From the NCBI GenBank assembly GCA_903824935.1, contig CAIJYT010000078.1, positions 1 through 64,000 on the forward strand: a stretch of DNA of 64,000 nucleotides, written 5' to 3'. The notes under the pieces are model-generated. The model did no database searches and had not been told where the DNA came from. It saw only the letters and a list, made by a program, of their open reading frames with translations. The position numbers and the translations under genes were made by a program. Below are positions 10,429 to 22,300 of the stretch, in pieces (position 1 is the stretch's first letter; each line of letters begins with the position of its first letter). The stretch comes from an uncultured Bacteroidales bacterium. GTDB taxonomy: Bacteria; Bacteroidota; Bacteroidia; Bacteroidales; FEN-979.

Positions 10429-13400
10429 ATGTCACGCCGCAAAAAAATTCTCTCTTTCATAGTGATACCGGTACTGGTCATCATGGTATCATTAGCCCTC
10501 ATCCAGGTCTTCCATAAAAAAATTTCAGGACCCCTGGTCCACGTCAGTCCTGCCTTCAGGCAGTATGTACAGGCCTTCACCACAGGGCTGGTACCCTCCC
10601 ATTCCACTATAAAGATCAGGATGAATGATGAGTTTGTGGATTCCTCTTCCATGAACATCCCTGTAAAAGAAGACCTGCTGAGGATCAGCCCTTCTGTCAA
10701 AGGGACCGCCTTCTGGAGCGACAGCCGCACCCTTGAATTCAGGCCCGACGAGCCCCTTCCCCAGGATAAGGTTTATACCGTGGAGTTCTGCCTTTCAAAA
10801 ATTATCACTGTTCCGGCCCCGCTTAAAACCATGGTGTTCCAGTTCAGGACCATCCGCCAGGATTTTGATGTGAGCATCGACAATCATAAAGCAATCTCGG
10901 AATCGGACCTGACTAAAGAAGTCCTTGCCGGAACAATTTTCACAGCCGATGCGGCGGATGACAAGCAGGTGGAACTTATGCTCACCGCGAACCAGGACGG
11001 CAAATCGCTGCCTGTTAGCTGGCAGCATGATTCAAAGAACAACAAGCATTTTTTCCAGCTTGGCTCCATTGTAAGGGACGACAGGGTGTCGACAGTGAAA
11101 CTTAACTTAAACGGGAGCCCCATAGGGTCATCTTCAAATAAGGAATTTACTGAAGAGATACCCGTGCTGGGCAGCTTTAAGTTTGTTGAACTCAGGAATA
11201 TTGCAGGAGGCGATCCATATTTTGTACTGCGTTTCACCGACCCCCTCAAACATGACCAGAACCTCGAGGGCCTTGTCCATATCGGGAAATACACCAACCT
11301 CAGGGTCACCTCCCAGGATAATGAACTCATCGTATACCCTCCTGCACAACTTGAAGGGAACTCGATGATCACTGTTGAACCCTGGCTCAGGAACTGCCAG
11401 GGGAAAGAGTTCGGTCAGCGCATCGTTCAAAAGATTTCGCCCGACGAAAACAAGCCGATGGCCAGGTTCGTAGGCAACGGGGTGATCATGCCCTCATCCA
11501 ACGGCATGCTGCTCCCCTTCGAAGCGGTCAACCTGAAGACGGTCGAGGTGAAAGTCATCCGCATATATGAAAATAATATCCTGCAGTTCCTGCAGGTAAA
11601 TGAGCTTGGGTCGGCCGACGACCTTTCAAGAGTTGGAAGGGTGGTGCTGAAGAAAACAGTGCCTCTTAACGGGGCAGCGGACTATGGGCGATGGAACCGG
11701 TATTCCATTGACCTTTCAACCCTGATGAAAGCCGAGCCCGGGGCTATCTATTCGGTTAGCCTCAGTTTTAAAAAGCAATATTCGACTTACCCCTGCACTG
11801 AAGGAGGGAGCCGGAATCTTCAGGATATGGTTGTCATCCAGAACCACGAACGCGAGAATGAACCCAACAAATGGGGTTATTACAGCTATTATGAGGATGA
11901 GGACAATGATAACGGTGGATGGGATAACTACCAGTGGAACGAACGCGACAACCCCTGCAAGGCTTCCTATTATTTCAACCGCAGGGTTACGCGCAATGTT
12001 TTCGCATCGAACCTTGGAATGATAGCCAAGGGAGGAGCAGAAAATGAATTTACTGTCTTCGTAACTGACCTTATCTCTTCAAAACCATTATCGGGGGTTA
12101 AGGTCGAATTTTACAACTACCAGCAGCAGATCTTAGGTAATTCCAGTACAGACGGGGATGGGATGGCGACAGCCAAACTTGCATCCAAACCCTTCTTTGC
12201 AGTGGCAGTGAAAGACAAGGAGAAGGCTTACCTGAAGCTCGCCGAAGGCAACTCCCTTTCTCTTTCCATGTTCGATATAGGAGGAGAGCCGGTTCAGAAA
12301 GGCATTAAAGGATTCATTTACGGCGAAAGGGCCGTATGGAGGCCGGGTGATTCTATTTACCTGACCTTCATCCTGGAGGACAAAAGCAAGAAACTTCCTT
12401 TAAACTACCCTGTGAATATGACTATGTACAACCCGGCAGGGCAGATGGTTACCCGTCTTGTACTCAACTCTTCAGTAAATGGATTCTATGCATTCAAAAC
12501 AGCAACCCAGCCTTCCTCGCCGACAGGGAACTGGCTCGCGAAAGTGAAAGTTGGAGGTGTGGAATTTCAGAAGACATTGAAAATTGAGACTGTCAAACCC
12601 AACCGTCTTAAGATCCGGCTTGATTTCAGCAAAGCATACCTTGCTAAAAACCGGATACCCCCCGCACAGCTTGAAGCAAGCTGGCTCACGGGGGCAACCG
12701 CCAGGGGGCTTAAAGCTGAGGTCAACCTGACCCTCACGAAATCGGTCACTGCATTTAAACAGTTCCCGGCCTATACCTTCGACAATCCTTCGGCAGGTTT
12801 TGCAGCAGAAAATATCAGCGTTTTCGAAGGAAAGCTCAATAATGAAGGCCAGGCAGTGATAACACCTGTGATCCATGTCACCAACGTCGCACCGGGGGTA
12901 CTTAATGCAGCTTTCGAGACCAGGGTTTTTGAAGAAGGTGGCGACTTTTCCATAGACCGTTTTACCATACCTTATTATCCCTACGTTTCCTTCGCAGGCC
13001 TCAGGGTTCCGCTTCCTTCGCAGAATGACAGGGTTTTATATACCGATAAAGCTTATGATATCGACCTGGTGAATGTTGATCCCGAAGGGAATGTTGTTCC
13101 TTCGAACAGGCTGAAAGTTGAAGTGTTCAAACTGGAATGGAGATGGTGGTGGGATGATTCGGAAAAAAGTTCAGCCGACTTTGTATCCACATCCCATCTC
13201 AGGCCGGTGGATTCAGCAACTGTGAGGACTTCAGGAGGAAAAGGTGTTTACAAGTTCAGGGTTGATTATGATGAGTGGGGAAGATACCTCATAAGGGTTA
13301 CCGACAGGATGTCGGGTCATATTGCAGGCAAGATAGTGTATGCCGACTGGCCTGGTTATTTCAGGATGCCCGGGGGTGAAAAACAGGCTGCTTCGATGAT

Positions 13401-15996
13401 CACCCTCACCACTGATAAATCTAAATACACCGTGGGCGAAACAGTAAAACTCAGCCTTCCCACTTCCCCTGACGGAAGGGCCCTGCTGACCATTGAAAAC
13501 GGGTCTGAGGTGCTGAAGTCTTTCTGGACACCTACCAGCAAGGGAAGTACGGATATCAGTTTCAAGGTGACTGCCGATATGGCGCCCAACTGTTACGCAT
13601 TTGTCACACTGATCCAGCCTCATGCACAAAGCAAGAATGACCTTCCGATACGATTGTACGGCGTTGTTCCGGTGTTCGTGGAAGATAAGCAGACTCATCT
13701 GAAACCTGTGATTAGTGTAAAAGGCAAACTGGTCCCCGAAGAACCGGCTTCTATAACTGTAAGTGAAGCCGGCGGCAGACCCATGTCCTATACCCTGGCC
13801 GTGGTGGATGAAGGCCTGCTTGATCTGACCCGCTTCAAAACCCCTGATCCATGGAGTGTATTCTATGCCAGGGAGGCCCTTGGAATCAAAACCTGGGACC
13901 TCTTCGACCAGGTGATGGGTGCTTTCAGCGGTGACCTGCAGAGGATACTGAGTATTGGCGGTGACCTTGAACTCCACCGGGGAGGACTTAAAGCCAACCG
14001 TTTTAAACCTATGGTGAAGTTCTTCGGCCCCTTTGAACTAAGGAAAGGCGAAACCCGCACTACCACCTTTAAAATGCCTGAATATATCGGATCGGTGAGA
14101 GTGATGGTGGTTGCGGCATATGACGGGGCCTATGGTTCCGCAGAGCGGGCTGTGCCTGTTAAAAAGCCACTGATGGTGCAGGGAACTCTTCCCAGGGTGC
14201 TTGGCCCCGGAGAATTGGTTAAGCTCCCGGTAAGCGTGTTCGCCATGGAAAAGAATATGAAGAATGTTAAAGTCACCATTGATGTGAATGAGTTCTTCCA
14301 GGTCAATGGCCTGAACAGCCGGGAACTGACCTTCAGCGGAATCGGTGACCAGCTTGTCAATTTTGATCTGAAAGCCGGACTGATGACAGGTATCGCGAAG
14401 GTCAGGATCAAAGCAATGAGCGGGAACGAAAAAGCTGAGAACAAAATTGAGATCGACATCAGGAATCCCAATCTTCCGGTGACGGATGTGTTTGAAAAGA
14501 GCATCCCGCCGGGTGGAAACTGGAGCCAGGACTTCATCCCGCGGGGAATCCAGGGCACCAATTCAGGCTTCCTTGAACTTTCATCAATGCCTCCGCTGGA
14601 CCTTGAGAAATGGCTGTCGTACCTTATCCATTATCCTTATGGATGCGTGGAACAGACCACTTCCTCGGCTTTTCCCCAGCTTTACCTGAAAGATATGGTG
14701 GAGCTCAGTACTGAAGCCAAAACCCAGACCGAGCAGAACATCAAATCGGCCATACAGATGCTGAGGTCGTTCCAGTTATCGAACGGAGGGCTTACTTACT
14801 GGCCCGGCTCGGCATACACCGATGACTGGGCAACCTGCTATGCCGGGCACTTTATGCTCGAAGCCGAGAAAAAAGGCTTTACTGTTCCACCGAATTTCCT
14901 TGCAGCATGGAAAGTTTTCCAGAGAGAGAAAGCTGTTTCCTGGACATACAATTCGAGCTTTTTCAACAGTGACCTGGTACAGGCATACCGCTTGTATACC
15001 CTTGCCCTGGCAAGGGCACCCGAGATGGGAGCCATGAGCAAGCTTCTTGAGAAAAAGGACCTTTCACTCACTGCAAAGTGGAGGCTTGCGGGAGCCTATA
15101 TCCTGGCCGGGAAACCGGAGGTTGCCCAGCAGCTTACCAACGGTATTGGAACAGCCGTCGAGTCATACAGCGAACTTTCAGAAACATTCGGCAGCGGCCT
15201 TCGCGACAGGGCTATGATACTCGAGGTCCTCAACCTGCTGAACATGAAGACCAAAGCAGCCCCCCTGGCCAGGGATATTGCTGCAGAACTATGCAGCTCG
15301 GGCTGGTTAAGCACCCAGACCAGCGCTTATTGCCTGATTGCACTCAGCGGCTTCTACACCCAGTCGGGAGGCAGCGGCCTTAACGCTTCCTTCAGTTTTG
15401 ACCAGGGTGAAAATGGGGTTGTCAAAACCGACCGTTCGCTGTCGGTCAGCAGCATTGATCCTAAACCGGGGCGGAAACAAACCCTGAAGGTGGTCAATAA
15501 TGGGAAGAATCTGCTTTACGCAAGATTGCTCCTTCGTGGAATACCGGCCAACGGGGATTCGTCATCCGCAAGCAACAACCTTAAAGTTTCGGTATCATAT
15601 TGGGGCCTTAAGAAGGAGCCCATAGCCGTGAACAGAATTGCCCAGGGTGAAAGCTTCATTGCAGAAGTCAGAGTCACCAATCCCGGTCTGAGGGGTGCTT
15701 ACAGGAATATGGCACTGAACCAGGTGTTTCCTTCAGGCTGGGAGATTATGAACGCAAGGATGAGTGAGATGGCCCAGTCCCTTACAAAGACTTCCGGTTT
15801 TACTTACCAGGATGTGCGTGACGACAGGGTCCTGACGTATTTCGACCTGGCTGCGGGGGAAAGCAAGGTGTTCAGAGTCATGCTGATAGCAGCCTACCAG
15901 GGCAGGTTCTACCTCCCTCCTGTTCAGTGTGAAGCGATGTATGACCATTCGATCAATGCCCGGGCCGCCGGCTGCTGGGTAAGCGTGGGGAATTGA
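10429..15996 (+). CDS. Bacterial alpha-2-macroglobulin family protein with an intact thioester.
   Basis: 1855 aa with an N-terminal signal anchor and the thioester motif YGCVEQTTSS (CxEQ). Sits immediately upstream of a PBP1C gene, a known conserved pairing. Confidence 0.85.
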   Translation: MSRRKKILSFIVIPVLVIMVSLALIQVFHKKISGPLVHVSPAFRQYVQAFTTGLVPSHSTIKIRMNDEFVDSSSMNIPVKEDLLRISPSVKGTAFWSDSRTLEFRPDEPLPQDKVYTVEFCLSKIITVPAPLKTMVFQFRTIRQDFDVSIDNHKAISESDLTKEVLAGTIFTADAADDKQVELMLTANQDGKSLPVSWQHDSKNNKHFFQLGSIVRDDRVSTVKLNLNGSPIGSSSNKEFTEEIPVLGSFKFVELRNIAGGDPYFVLRFTDPLKHDQNLEGLVHIGKYTNLRVTSQDNELIVYPPAQLEGNSMITVEPWLRNCQGKEFGQRIVQKISPDENKPMARFVGNGVIMPSSNGMLLPFEAVNLKTVEVKVIRIYENNILQFLQVNELGSADDLSRVGRVVLKKTVPLNGAADYGRWNRYSIDLSTLMKAEPGAIYSVSLSFKKQYSTYPCTEGGSRNLQDMVVIQNHERENEPNKWGYYSYYEDEDNDNGGWDNYQWNERDNPCKASYYFNRRVTRNVFASNLGMIAKGGAENEFTVFVTDLISSKPLSGVKVEFYNYQQQILGNSSTDGDGMATAKLASKPFFAVAVKDKEKAYLKLAEGNSLSLSMFDIGGEPVQKGIKGFIYGERAVWRPGDSIYLTFILEDKSKKLPLNYPVNMTMYNPAGQMVTRLVLNSSVNGFYAFKTATQPSSPTGNWLAKVKVGGVEFQKTLKIETVKPNRLKIRLDFSKAYLAKNRIPPAQLEASWLTGATARGLKAEVNLTLTKSVTAFKQFPAYTFDNPSAGFAAENISVFEGKLNNEGQAVITPVIHVTNVAPGVLNAAFETRVFEEGGDFSIDRFTIPYYPYVSFAGLRVPLPSQNDRVLYTDKAYDIDLVNVDPEGNVVPSNRLKVEVFKLEWRWWWDDSEKSSADFVSTSHLRPVDSATVRTSGGKGVYKFRVDYDEWGRYLIRVTDRMSGHIAGKIVYADWPGYFRMPGGEKQAASMITLTTDKSKYTVGETVKLSLPTSPDGRALLTIENGSEVLKSFWTPTSKGSTDISFKVTADMAPNCYAFVTLIQPHAQSKNDLPIRLYGVVPVFVEDKQTHLKPVISVKGKLVPEEPASITVSEAGGRPMSYTLAVVDEGLLDLTRFKTPDPWSVFYAREALGIKTWDLFDQVMGAFSGDLQRILSIGGDLELHRGGLKANRFKPMVKFFGPFELRKGETRTTTFKMPEYIGSVRVMVVAAYDGAYGSAERAVPVKKPLMVQGTLPRVLGPGELVKLPVSVFAMEKNMKNVKVTIDVNEFFQVNGLNSRELTFSGIGDQLVNFDLKAGLMTGIAKVRIKAMSGNEKAENKIEIDIRNPNLPVTDVFEKSIPPGGNWSQDFIPRGIQGTNSGFLELSSMPPLDLEKWLSYLIHYPYGCVEQTTSSAFPQLYLKDMVELSTEAKTQTEQNIKSAIQMLRSFQLSNGGLTYWPGSAYTDDWATCYAGHFMLEAEKKGFTVPPNFLAAWKVFQREKAVSWTYNSSFFNSDLVQAYRLYTLALARAPEMGAMSKLLEKKDLSLTAKWRLAGAYILAGKPEVAQQLTNGIGTAVESYSELSETFGSGLRDRAMILEVLNLLNMKTKAAPLARDIAAELCSSGWLSTQTSAYCLIALSGFYTQSGGSGLNASFSFDQGENGVVKTDRSLSVSSIDPKPGRKQTLKVVNNGKNLLYARLLLRGIPANGDSSSASNNLKVSVSYWGLKKEPIAVNRIAQGESFIAEVRVTNPGLRGAYRNMALNQVFPSGWEIMNARMSEMAQSLTKTSGFTYQDVRDDRVLTYFDLAAGESKVFRVMLIAAYQGRFYLPPVQCEAMYDHSINARAAGCWVSVGN

Positions 15997-15997
15997 A

Positions 15998-18409
15998 ATG
16001 GCTGAGCGGCGGAAGTTGCGTCTGAATCTCAACCGGCGCTGGTGCTATTGGTTTGCTGCAGTATTGCTGGTTTATATCACGCTGCTGATAGCCTGGCCCC
16101 GGCATTTGTTTCGCGACCCGTCATCAACCGTCGTATATGACAATGAAATGAGGCTCCTCGGGGCCAGGATCTCTCCCGACCAGCAATGGAGGTTCCCCGA
16201 GAGCTCAGGTGTTCCTTTGAAGTTCAGGAAAGCCATCATCTGTTACGAGGACCAGTGGTTCCGTTTCCATCCGGGATTCAACCCCGTGGCAATGATCAGG
16301 GCGGTTGCTCTCAATATAAGGCATCATAAGATCGTGAGCGGGGGAAGCACCATCAGCATGCAGGTGATCCGCCTGGCGAGGAAAAACAGGGAGAGAACCT
16401 ATATTGAAAAGGCTATTGAGGTGAGCCTTGCTTTGTTAATGGAACTTACATCTTCAAAACAGGAGATTCTCAGGCTTTATGCTTCCCATGCTCCTTTCGG
16501 AGGCAATGTGATAGGAATTGAAGCGGCAGCGTGGAGGTATTTCGGTATTAATGCCGACCAGCTTTCCTGGGCCCAGGCAGCAACCCTGGCCGTGCTGCCA
16601 AACAGTCCGGGCCTTATCTATCCGGGAAGGAATCCCCGCGACCTGCTGGCCAAACGTAACCGCCTTCTAGATCGTTTGTGGTACCAGGGGAAGATAGACC
16701 TTGCCACCTGCGAACTCGCGAAGTGTGAACCTTTGCCGGGTAAACCTTTCCCCTTGCCCCGGCTTGCCCCACACCTTCTCGACCGCATTGCAAAGGAAGG
16801 TTACAGGGGTGAAAGGGTGCAAACTACCATTAACGGGATGCTCCAGGAAAGGGTGAACAACATCCTTGAGCTTCACGGGATACAACTTGCAGCCAACGAG
16901 ATCCATAATGCTGCAGCCATTGTTCTCGAAGTGAAGACAGGGAGAGTACTGGCATATATAGGAAACCTAAGGCGGAGCGGAAAGACCGATCACGGCAATG
17001 ATGTGGATGTGATCATTTCCCCGCGAAGTACCGGCAGCATTATGAAACCCTTTCTTTACGCTGCAATGCTTAACGATGCGCTCATCCTTCCCAATACCCT
17101 GGTTCCGGATATACCTGTTCAGATTGGCGGTTTCATTCCCGAAAATTATAACCTCACTTACGACGGGGCCGTACCTGCGAAACGGGCTCTGTCAAGGTCC
17201 CTGAACATACCTGCTGTAAAGATGCTTCAGACTTTCGGGTATACCCCGTTTTACAACCTCCTGAAAAATATCGGGATGAGCACCCTCACCAAACCATCCG
17301 ATCATTACGGGCTGGCGATCATCCTGGGAGGGGCTGAAGCGAAACTGTGGGACCTTACCGGGATGTATGCTTCAATGGCTCGCAGCCTGGAGCATTATAC
17401 CCGTGGGCACCAGGGTTACAGCAAGGCTGACTACCATCCCCCGGTTTTTATTGCCGGGGAGGATCAGCCTGAACCTGTTTATGAAGGAGGTTCAGCCTGG
17501 CTTGATGCTGCTTCAATATGGCTCACTTTCGAGGCCATGGTCGAAGTAGCCCGGCCTGACGAAGACGCCCAATGGCAGCAGTTTTCTTCTTCTCATAAAA
17601 TAGCCTGGAAAACCGGCACCAGCTTCGGGAACCGGGATGCATGGTCGATAGGGGTGACACCTGAATATGTGGTAGGCGTATGGGTGGGAAATGCCACGGG
17701 AGAAGGCCGCCCGGGGCTCACCGGCGTGGGGGTTGCAGCACCCATACTTTTTGATATCTTTAAAACCCTCCCGCCGACAAGCTGGTTCAGGACACCTGTG
17801 GAAGACATGGTAAGGATACCTGTCTGCAGTTACAGCGGGTATCGGGCCGCAGCCATTTGTGAGTTCAAGGACACCGTATGGGTTCAGAAGAGCGGGCTGC
17901 ACACTGCTGCCTGCCCCTTCCACCAGGTTGTCCACCTTGACAAGACCGGACAATGGCAGGTCAACTCGACATGTGAATCCACAGACAATATGCAGCATGT
18001 TGCCTGGTTTGTCCTGCCTCCTGTGCAGGAATGGTACTTCCGAACAAAGAACCCCTTTTACCGCATGCTCCCGCCTTTCCGCAAGGATTGTGCCCAAAGT
18101 TCAGGCAGCAGGAACATGGATCTGATCTATCCCAAAGACGGGAGCTCTTTATATGTTCCCGTGGACCTCGACGGGAAAACGGGCAGCACTGTATTCAAAG
18201 CCGCACACCATAATCCTGATGCAGTCATTCACTGGCACCTCGATGAACAGTACCTGGGTTCAACTCAACAATCTCACCAGATAGCCCTGTCGCCCGAAAG
18301 AGGATTCCACAGGCTTACACTGGTCGACCAGTACGGCGAATCCATCAGCATAGGCTTTGAGATCCTAACCAAAGAAAAAAATTCAAAAGGAGAAATAAAT
18401 ATTCATTAG
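15998..18409 (+). CDS. pbpC: Penicillin-binding protein 1C (glycosyltransferase GT51 plus transpeptidase).
   Basis: 803 aa. GT51 motif CYEDQWFRFHPGFNP. The transpeptidase segment has STGSIMKPF (SxxK) and KTGTS (KTG). Begins 1 nt after the alpha-2-macroglobulin stop. Confidence 0.85.
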   Translation: MAERRKLRLNLNRRWCYWFAAVLLVYITLLIAWPRHLFRDPSSTVVYDNEMRLLGARISPDQQWRFPESSGVPLKFRKAIICYEDQWFRFHPGFNPVAMIRAVALNIRHHKIVSGGSTISMQVIRLARKNRERTYIEKAIEVSLALLMELTSSKQEILRLYASHAPFGGNVIGIEAAAWRYFGINADQLSWAQAATLAVLPNSPGLIYPGRNPRDLLAKRNRLLDRLWYQGKIDLATCELAKCEPLPGKPFPLPRLAPHLLDRIAKEGYRGERVQTTINGMLQERVNNILELHGIQLAANEIHNAAAIVLEVKTGRVLAYIGNLRRSGKTDHGNDVDVIISPRSTGSIMKPFLYAAMLNDALILPNTLVPDIPVQIGGFIPENYNLTYDGAVPAKRALSRSLNIPAVKMLQTFGYTPFYNLLKNIGMSTLTKPSDHYGLAIILGGAEAKLWDLTGMYASMARSLEHYTRGHQGYSKADYHPPVFIAGEDQPEPVYEGGSAWLDAASIWLTFEAMVEVARPDEDAQWQQFSSSHKIAWKTGTSFGNRDAWSIGVTPEYVVGVWVGNATGEGRPGLTGVGVAAPILFDIFKTLPPTSWFRTPVEDMVRIPVCSYSGYRAAAICEFKDTVWVQKSGLHTAACPFHQVVHLDKTGQWQVNSTCESTDNMQHVAWFVLPPVQEWYFRTKNPFYRMLPPFRKDCAQSSGSRNMDLIYPKDGSSLYVPVDLDGKTGSTVFKAAHHNPDAVIHWHLDEQYLGSTQQSHQIALSPERGFHRLTLVDQYGESISIGFEILTKEKNSKGEINIH

Positions 18410-18426
18410 CCTGGCCCGGCGATATA

Positions 18427-19107
18427 TCATTTCTGCTTCCTGATGATGAAGAAAAGGCAGGAATCGTCCACTTCCCTCACCATCACTTTGATCCCGCGTA
18501 TCCAGCGGGTAAGTTCCAGGAATTTTTTCGCCTGGATTGCCGAAGAGCAAAATCCGTCTTTGCAAACAATGGATCCGTTCTTTGTCTTCTCACTGTCAAT
18601 TTCACCAACCAGCCCCGCTTTGGATTGAATTGTAAACCATTTAAGCCGGTGTTCCCAGAACTTCTCAGAATAAGTTGAGAATATTGCTATTCCCCCGGGC
18701 TTGGTAACCCTTACCGCCTCTTTGATCAATGCCCTCTGATCAACCTTGAAAGCCGAAAGTCCATTCTGAAGGCATAATACAACATCCATGGTGTTCGCAG
18801 CATATACCAGCTTCGCAGCATTCATATGCTGAAGAAAATGATGCTGTACGTTCTTAAGCAACTCTTTCCCCAGGACCAGGCTTGGCATGGAAGTGTCAAC
18901 ACCATGTACAAATTTTGCTTTCTTGGCCAGGTGAGGGACAAGGCGGCCGTAACCGCAACCAAGATCCAGGACTATATCTTTGCGGTTGATCTTCTTCAGT
19001 ACAAAATCGATCTCAGCCTGCAGATACTGCCTGACACGCGAAGGAGCAATGTCGTAACATTTCTTCAAACGCATGTCCGATAAGGTGGTTTCGTAGTAGC
19101 CTGACAA
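18427..19107 (-). CDS. Class I SAM-dependent methyltransferase (the track start is TTG 19107; the first ATG is at 19074).
   Basis: SAM-binding motif I VLDLGCGYGR. Acidic motif II follows at VHGVD. Confidence 0.65.
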   Translation of the reverse strand: MSGYYETTLSDMRLKKCYDIAPSRVRQYLQAEIDFVLKKINRKDIVLDLGCGYGRLVPHLAKKAKFVHGVDTSMPSLVLGKELLKNVQHHFLQHMNAAKLVYAANTMDVVLCLQNGLSAFKVDQRALIKEAVRVTKPGGIAIFSTYSEKFWEHRLKWFTIQSKAGLVGEIDSEKTKNGSIVCKDGFCSSAIQAKKFLELTRWIRGIKVMVREVDDSCLFFIIRKQK

Positions 19108-19267
19108 AAGAAAGAAACTTTATCGCTAATTTATTAAATCCCGGTTTACAAATAAAAAAATTGTTAAGATTTTTTTTCAGGCAACCTTTATCATTTTTTT
19201 AAGGTCTTTAATAAAATATTTATCGGCTTTAAGGATTTTTAATTATTTGTTTACCTTTACTGTTAGG

Positions 19268-19300
19268 TTTTGAACCGGGAAACTGATGCCGGTTCAAAAT
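19268..19300. repeat. Perfect 11-bp inverted repeat (ttttgaaccgg / ccggttcaaaa) with a 10-nt loop in the divergent intergenic region.
   Basis: Sequence ttttgaaccgggaaactgatgccggttcaaaa. It lies between the divergent methyltransferase gene and the 19386 gene, so it is a possible regulatory hairpin or operator. Confidence 0.4.
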
Positions 19301-19385
19301 ATTTAAGTAACACGCGGGCCCGGCTGAAAGGGCATCACCGGCCAACCTAATAATAACCGGTGATAATAATCTGAACTTGTGGGAT

Positions 19386-22300
19386 ATGAGAAATCCCCTT
19401 AACCCGTCAATTTTTGCCGGGAGTACTAGAAACAGATACTTCTTGTTTCTCCCGCTTCTGGGAATTTTATTTTTACTTTTCCCGTTTTCAGCCTTTCCAC
19501 AGCAGCATAAGGATGTGCCTTTTTACCTCGGACACCAGATCCCGCCGGGCAATATACCCCAGAACAGCAGTTCTTCAGGCCACACAGTACCCATGTACGA
19601 CCCTCTTACCGGAAACCTGAATACAACCTGCCCCAATTCAAACTTCGAAACAGGAACATGGGCAAACTGGACAGGATGTTACGGTCGGTATGCAACACCT
19701 TGTTCACATGTTGGTTTGCTTACCACCGGTGCGCATCCACTGCATAAGATCATCACTGGCCCAGGCTGGCTGGATCATCAGACCTGCGACAGCATGGTCA
19801 ATGTTTTCCCGGGAGAAAATTTTGTTGCGAGAGTCGGAGATACTATGTATACCGGGGCAATAGACAAGGAGGCAGAATTAAAATATGCAGTGACAGTGAG
19901 CTCCAGCAATTACCTTTTTATTTACCGTTATGCCGTGGTTTTACAGACAGGAGGCCACACTCCTCCTTCAAGTTATCAACCCGATTTCAGAATCCAGATA
20001 GTAAATGCGTCCGGCACGGTATTAGACTCAACTTGCGGGTATTATTACATTACTGCTCAATTAAACGGACCCGCAATACCTCCATGGCACAGGTGTATAA
20101 ACTCAACAGGAAATGTTTATTGGAAAAACTGGACTACCGTCGGTATGGATCTGGCACCCTATTTGGGACAGACCGTTTATATAGTTTTCAAGGTTCGTGG
20201 CTGTTCGTATAATACCCACTTTGGCTATGCTTACGTTTCAACCTATTGCAGTTCCCTTATCATACAAACCGCACTATGCCAGGGGGATTCCACTGCAACC
20301 CTCACAGCTCCACCGGGTTTTAGTCACTATCTCTGGAGTTCAGGAGACACATTGGAACAGATAACTGTCCCCCACCCTACGACCGGGTCACAATACTGGG
20401 TTAAACTAACAGCTTATAACGGATGTACTGATACTATATGGAACACCCTGACTTATACCATCGTCACTGCAAATTATACTTTCACTCCAAGCTGCCCTGG
20501 AGTTCCTACGCAATTCAATGATAATTCAACTGTAAACCAGAACCAGATTGTTAGCTGGACCTGGGACTGGGGAGACGGCTCAGGGGTGACCACTACAGCC
20601 AGCCCGAACCTTACCCATACCTTCCTTAATCCGGGAACTTTCAATGTTAAAATGATCGCTCATTCCACCGAAGGTTGTAAAGACAGTATTACCAAACCGG
20701 TGACGATTGACTCCCTTGCCATTGTCACCAATAACCCTATGATTAAAACGATATGCAGCGGGGACCATATTAACACTACCTTTACTTCCAATGTTTCCAC
20801 GGTAGGGTTTACCTGGATTGCAACCCCGCAGCACCCACCGACAACTTCAGGCTATCACTCCAATGCAGTACTGAAAACCTATCTGAACGACACATTATTT
20901 AATGTCGGGCTCATCCCCGATACGGTCCGCTACGTCCTGTCACCTCATAACAATACCTGCATTGGCAGGGATACCACTTATAAGGTGGTTGTGCTTCCGA
21001 AACCCAGCCTTTCAAATACTGTCCTCAGCCAGTCGGTCTGCTCAGGCAGCCCGAGTACTGCTGTCACCCTGGTTCCTTTACCCGGCCCTCCTGCGGTGGT
21101 CACCTTTAACTGGACCGCATCTCCTTCAAGCCCCTTGCTTACGGGATATATTTCCTCGGCCACAGGATCTCTGAGCATCCCGGTACAGACCATCATCAAC
21201 ACCACCGGGATTCCCCAGTATGTGGACTACAGCATCACTGCTTACCTGCAGGCAACTTCTGCCTGCCCTGGCGATACCAAGGTCTACAGAATCAATGTGA
21301 ACCCCCTGCCCACTCCCTTTATTTCAGGACTGGCTTCTGTTTGCGCAGGTACCAGCGGAGTAATATACAGCACTCCCAATGCGACAGGGCATGATTACAT
21401 CTGGACTGTAACCGGGTCGTTAAGTTTTACGGGGAACCATACCAATTCAATAACAGTCAACTGGGGGGCTGGTCCAACCGGCACGGTCCGTGTTCAAGAG
21501 ATAGACCTGACGCAACCAACTAACTGCAGCACGACCACTCCGGTTTATAACGTGGCATTGAATGCATATCCGACGCCTGTCATCAGTGGCAATCATACTC
21601 CCTGCGGATTAAGCGTTCAGTCATATACCCTTGGCAGCCCTCAGAACGGACACTCCTATGTATGGACAGTGAGCGGGGGAGCCCCTGCAAGCGGGACCAG
21701 CTCAGGCATTTCAGTTACCTGGGGTAATACAAATCCCATCAGTATTACAGCAAGCGAAACCATCGACTACGGAGGAGGAGTGAGCTGTTCAGCTACTGCA
21801 CCTGCATTCAGCCTTAATTTAATTACCTTCCCACTTCCGGCAGGGACCATCAGCGGGACGAACCCGGTATGCAATACCTGGACCAGAACATATACTGTCC
21901 CTCCTATCGGTAATGCCGATAGTTATACCTGGGCTTACCTCCCGGCAACAGGGGTAACCATAACCAATAACGGTGCAAGCGCCGACCTTGCTTTTGACCT
22001 CACCGCTACCAGCGGGACTTTAAGGGTCCATGGAAATAAAACCGGCTGCGGCAGCGGCCCTGATTCTCCTGTTTACCCTGTTACAGTAAACCCCCTTCCT
22101 TATATCTCGCTCACATCCTGTAACGACCCCAAGACCACAACCAGTTCCAGGCAGTTCTATCTCAAGGGAGGAGTTCCGCTCGGAGGACAGTATTACCTTG
22201 ACGGAACCCTGGTTCCCGGGGGGCTCATTACACCGGGTTCGCTTTCAACCACAACCCACCAGATCACTTACAGGTATACCGACATGCATACCTGCACCAG

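Noticed and set aside
13231-13977. 248-aa minus-strand ORF inside the alpha-2-macroglobulin gene
   Set aside because: It is fully antisense to a well-supported 1855-aa gene and has no recognisable motifs. This is a typical spurious ORF in GC-balanced DNA. The same reasoning applies to 10884..11372, 12472..12876 and 14130..14561.
17513-18097. 194-aa minus-strand ORF inside pbpC
   Set aside because: It is antisense to conserved PBP1C transpeptidase sequence. Its composition is Pro/Arg/Gly-rich, typical of reverse-frame artefacts.
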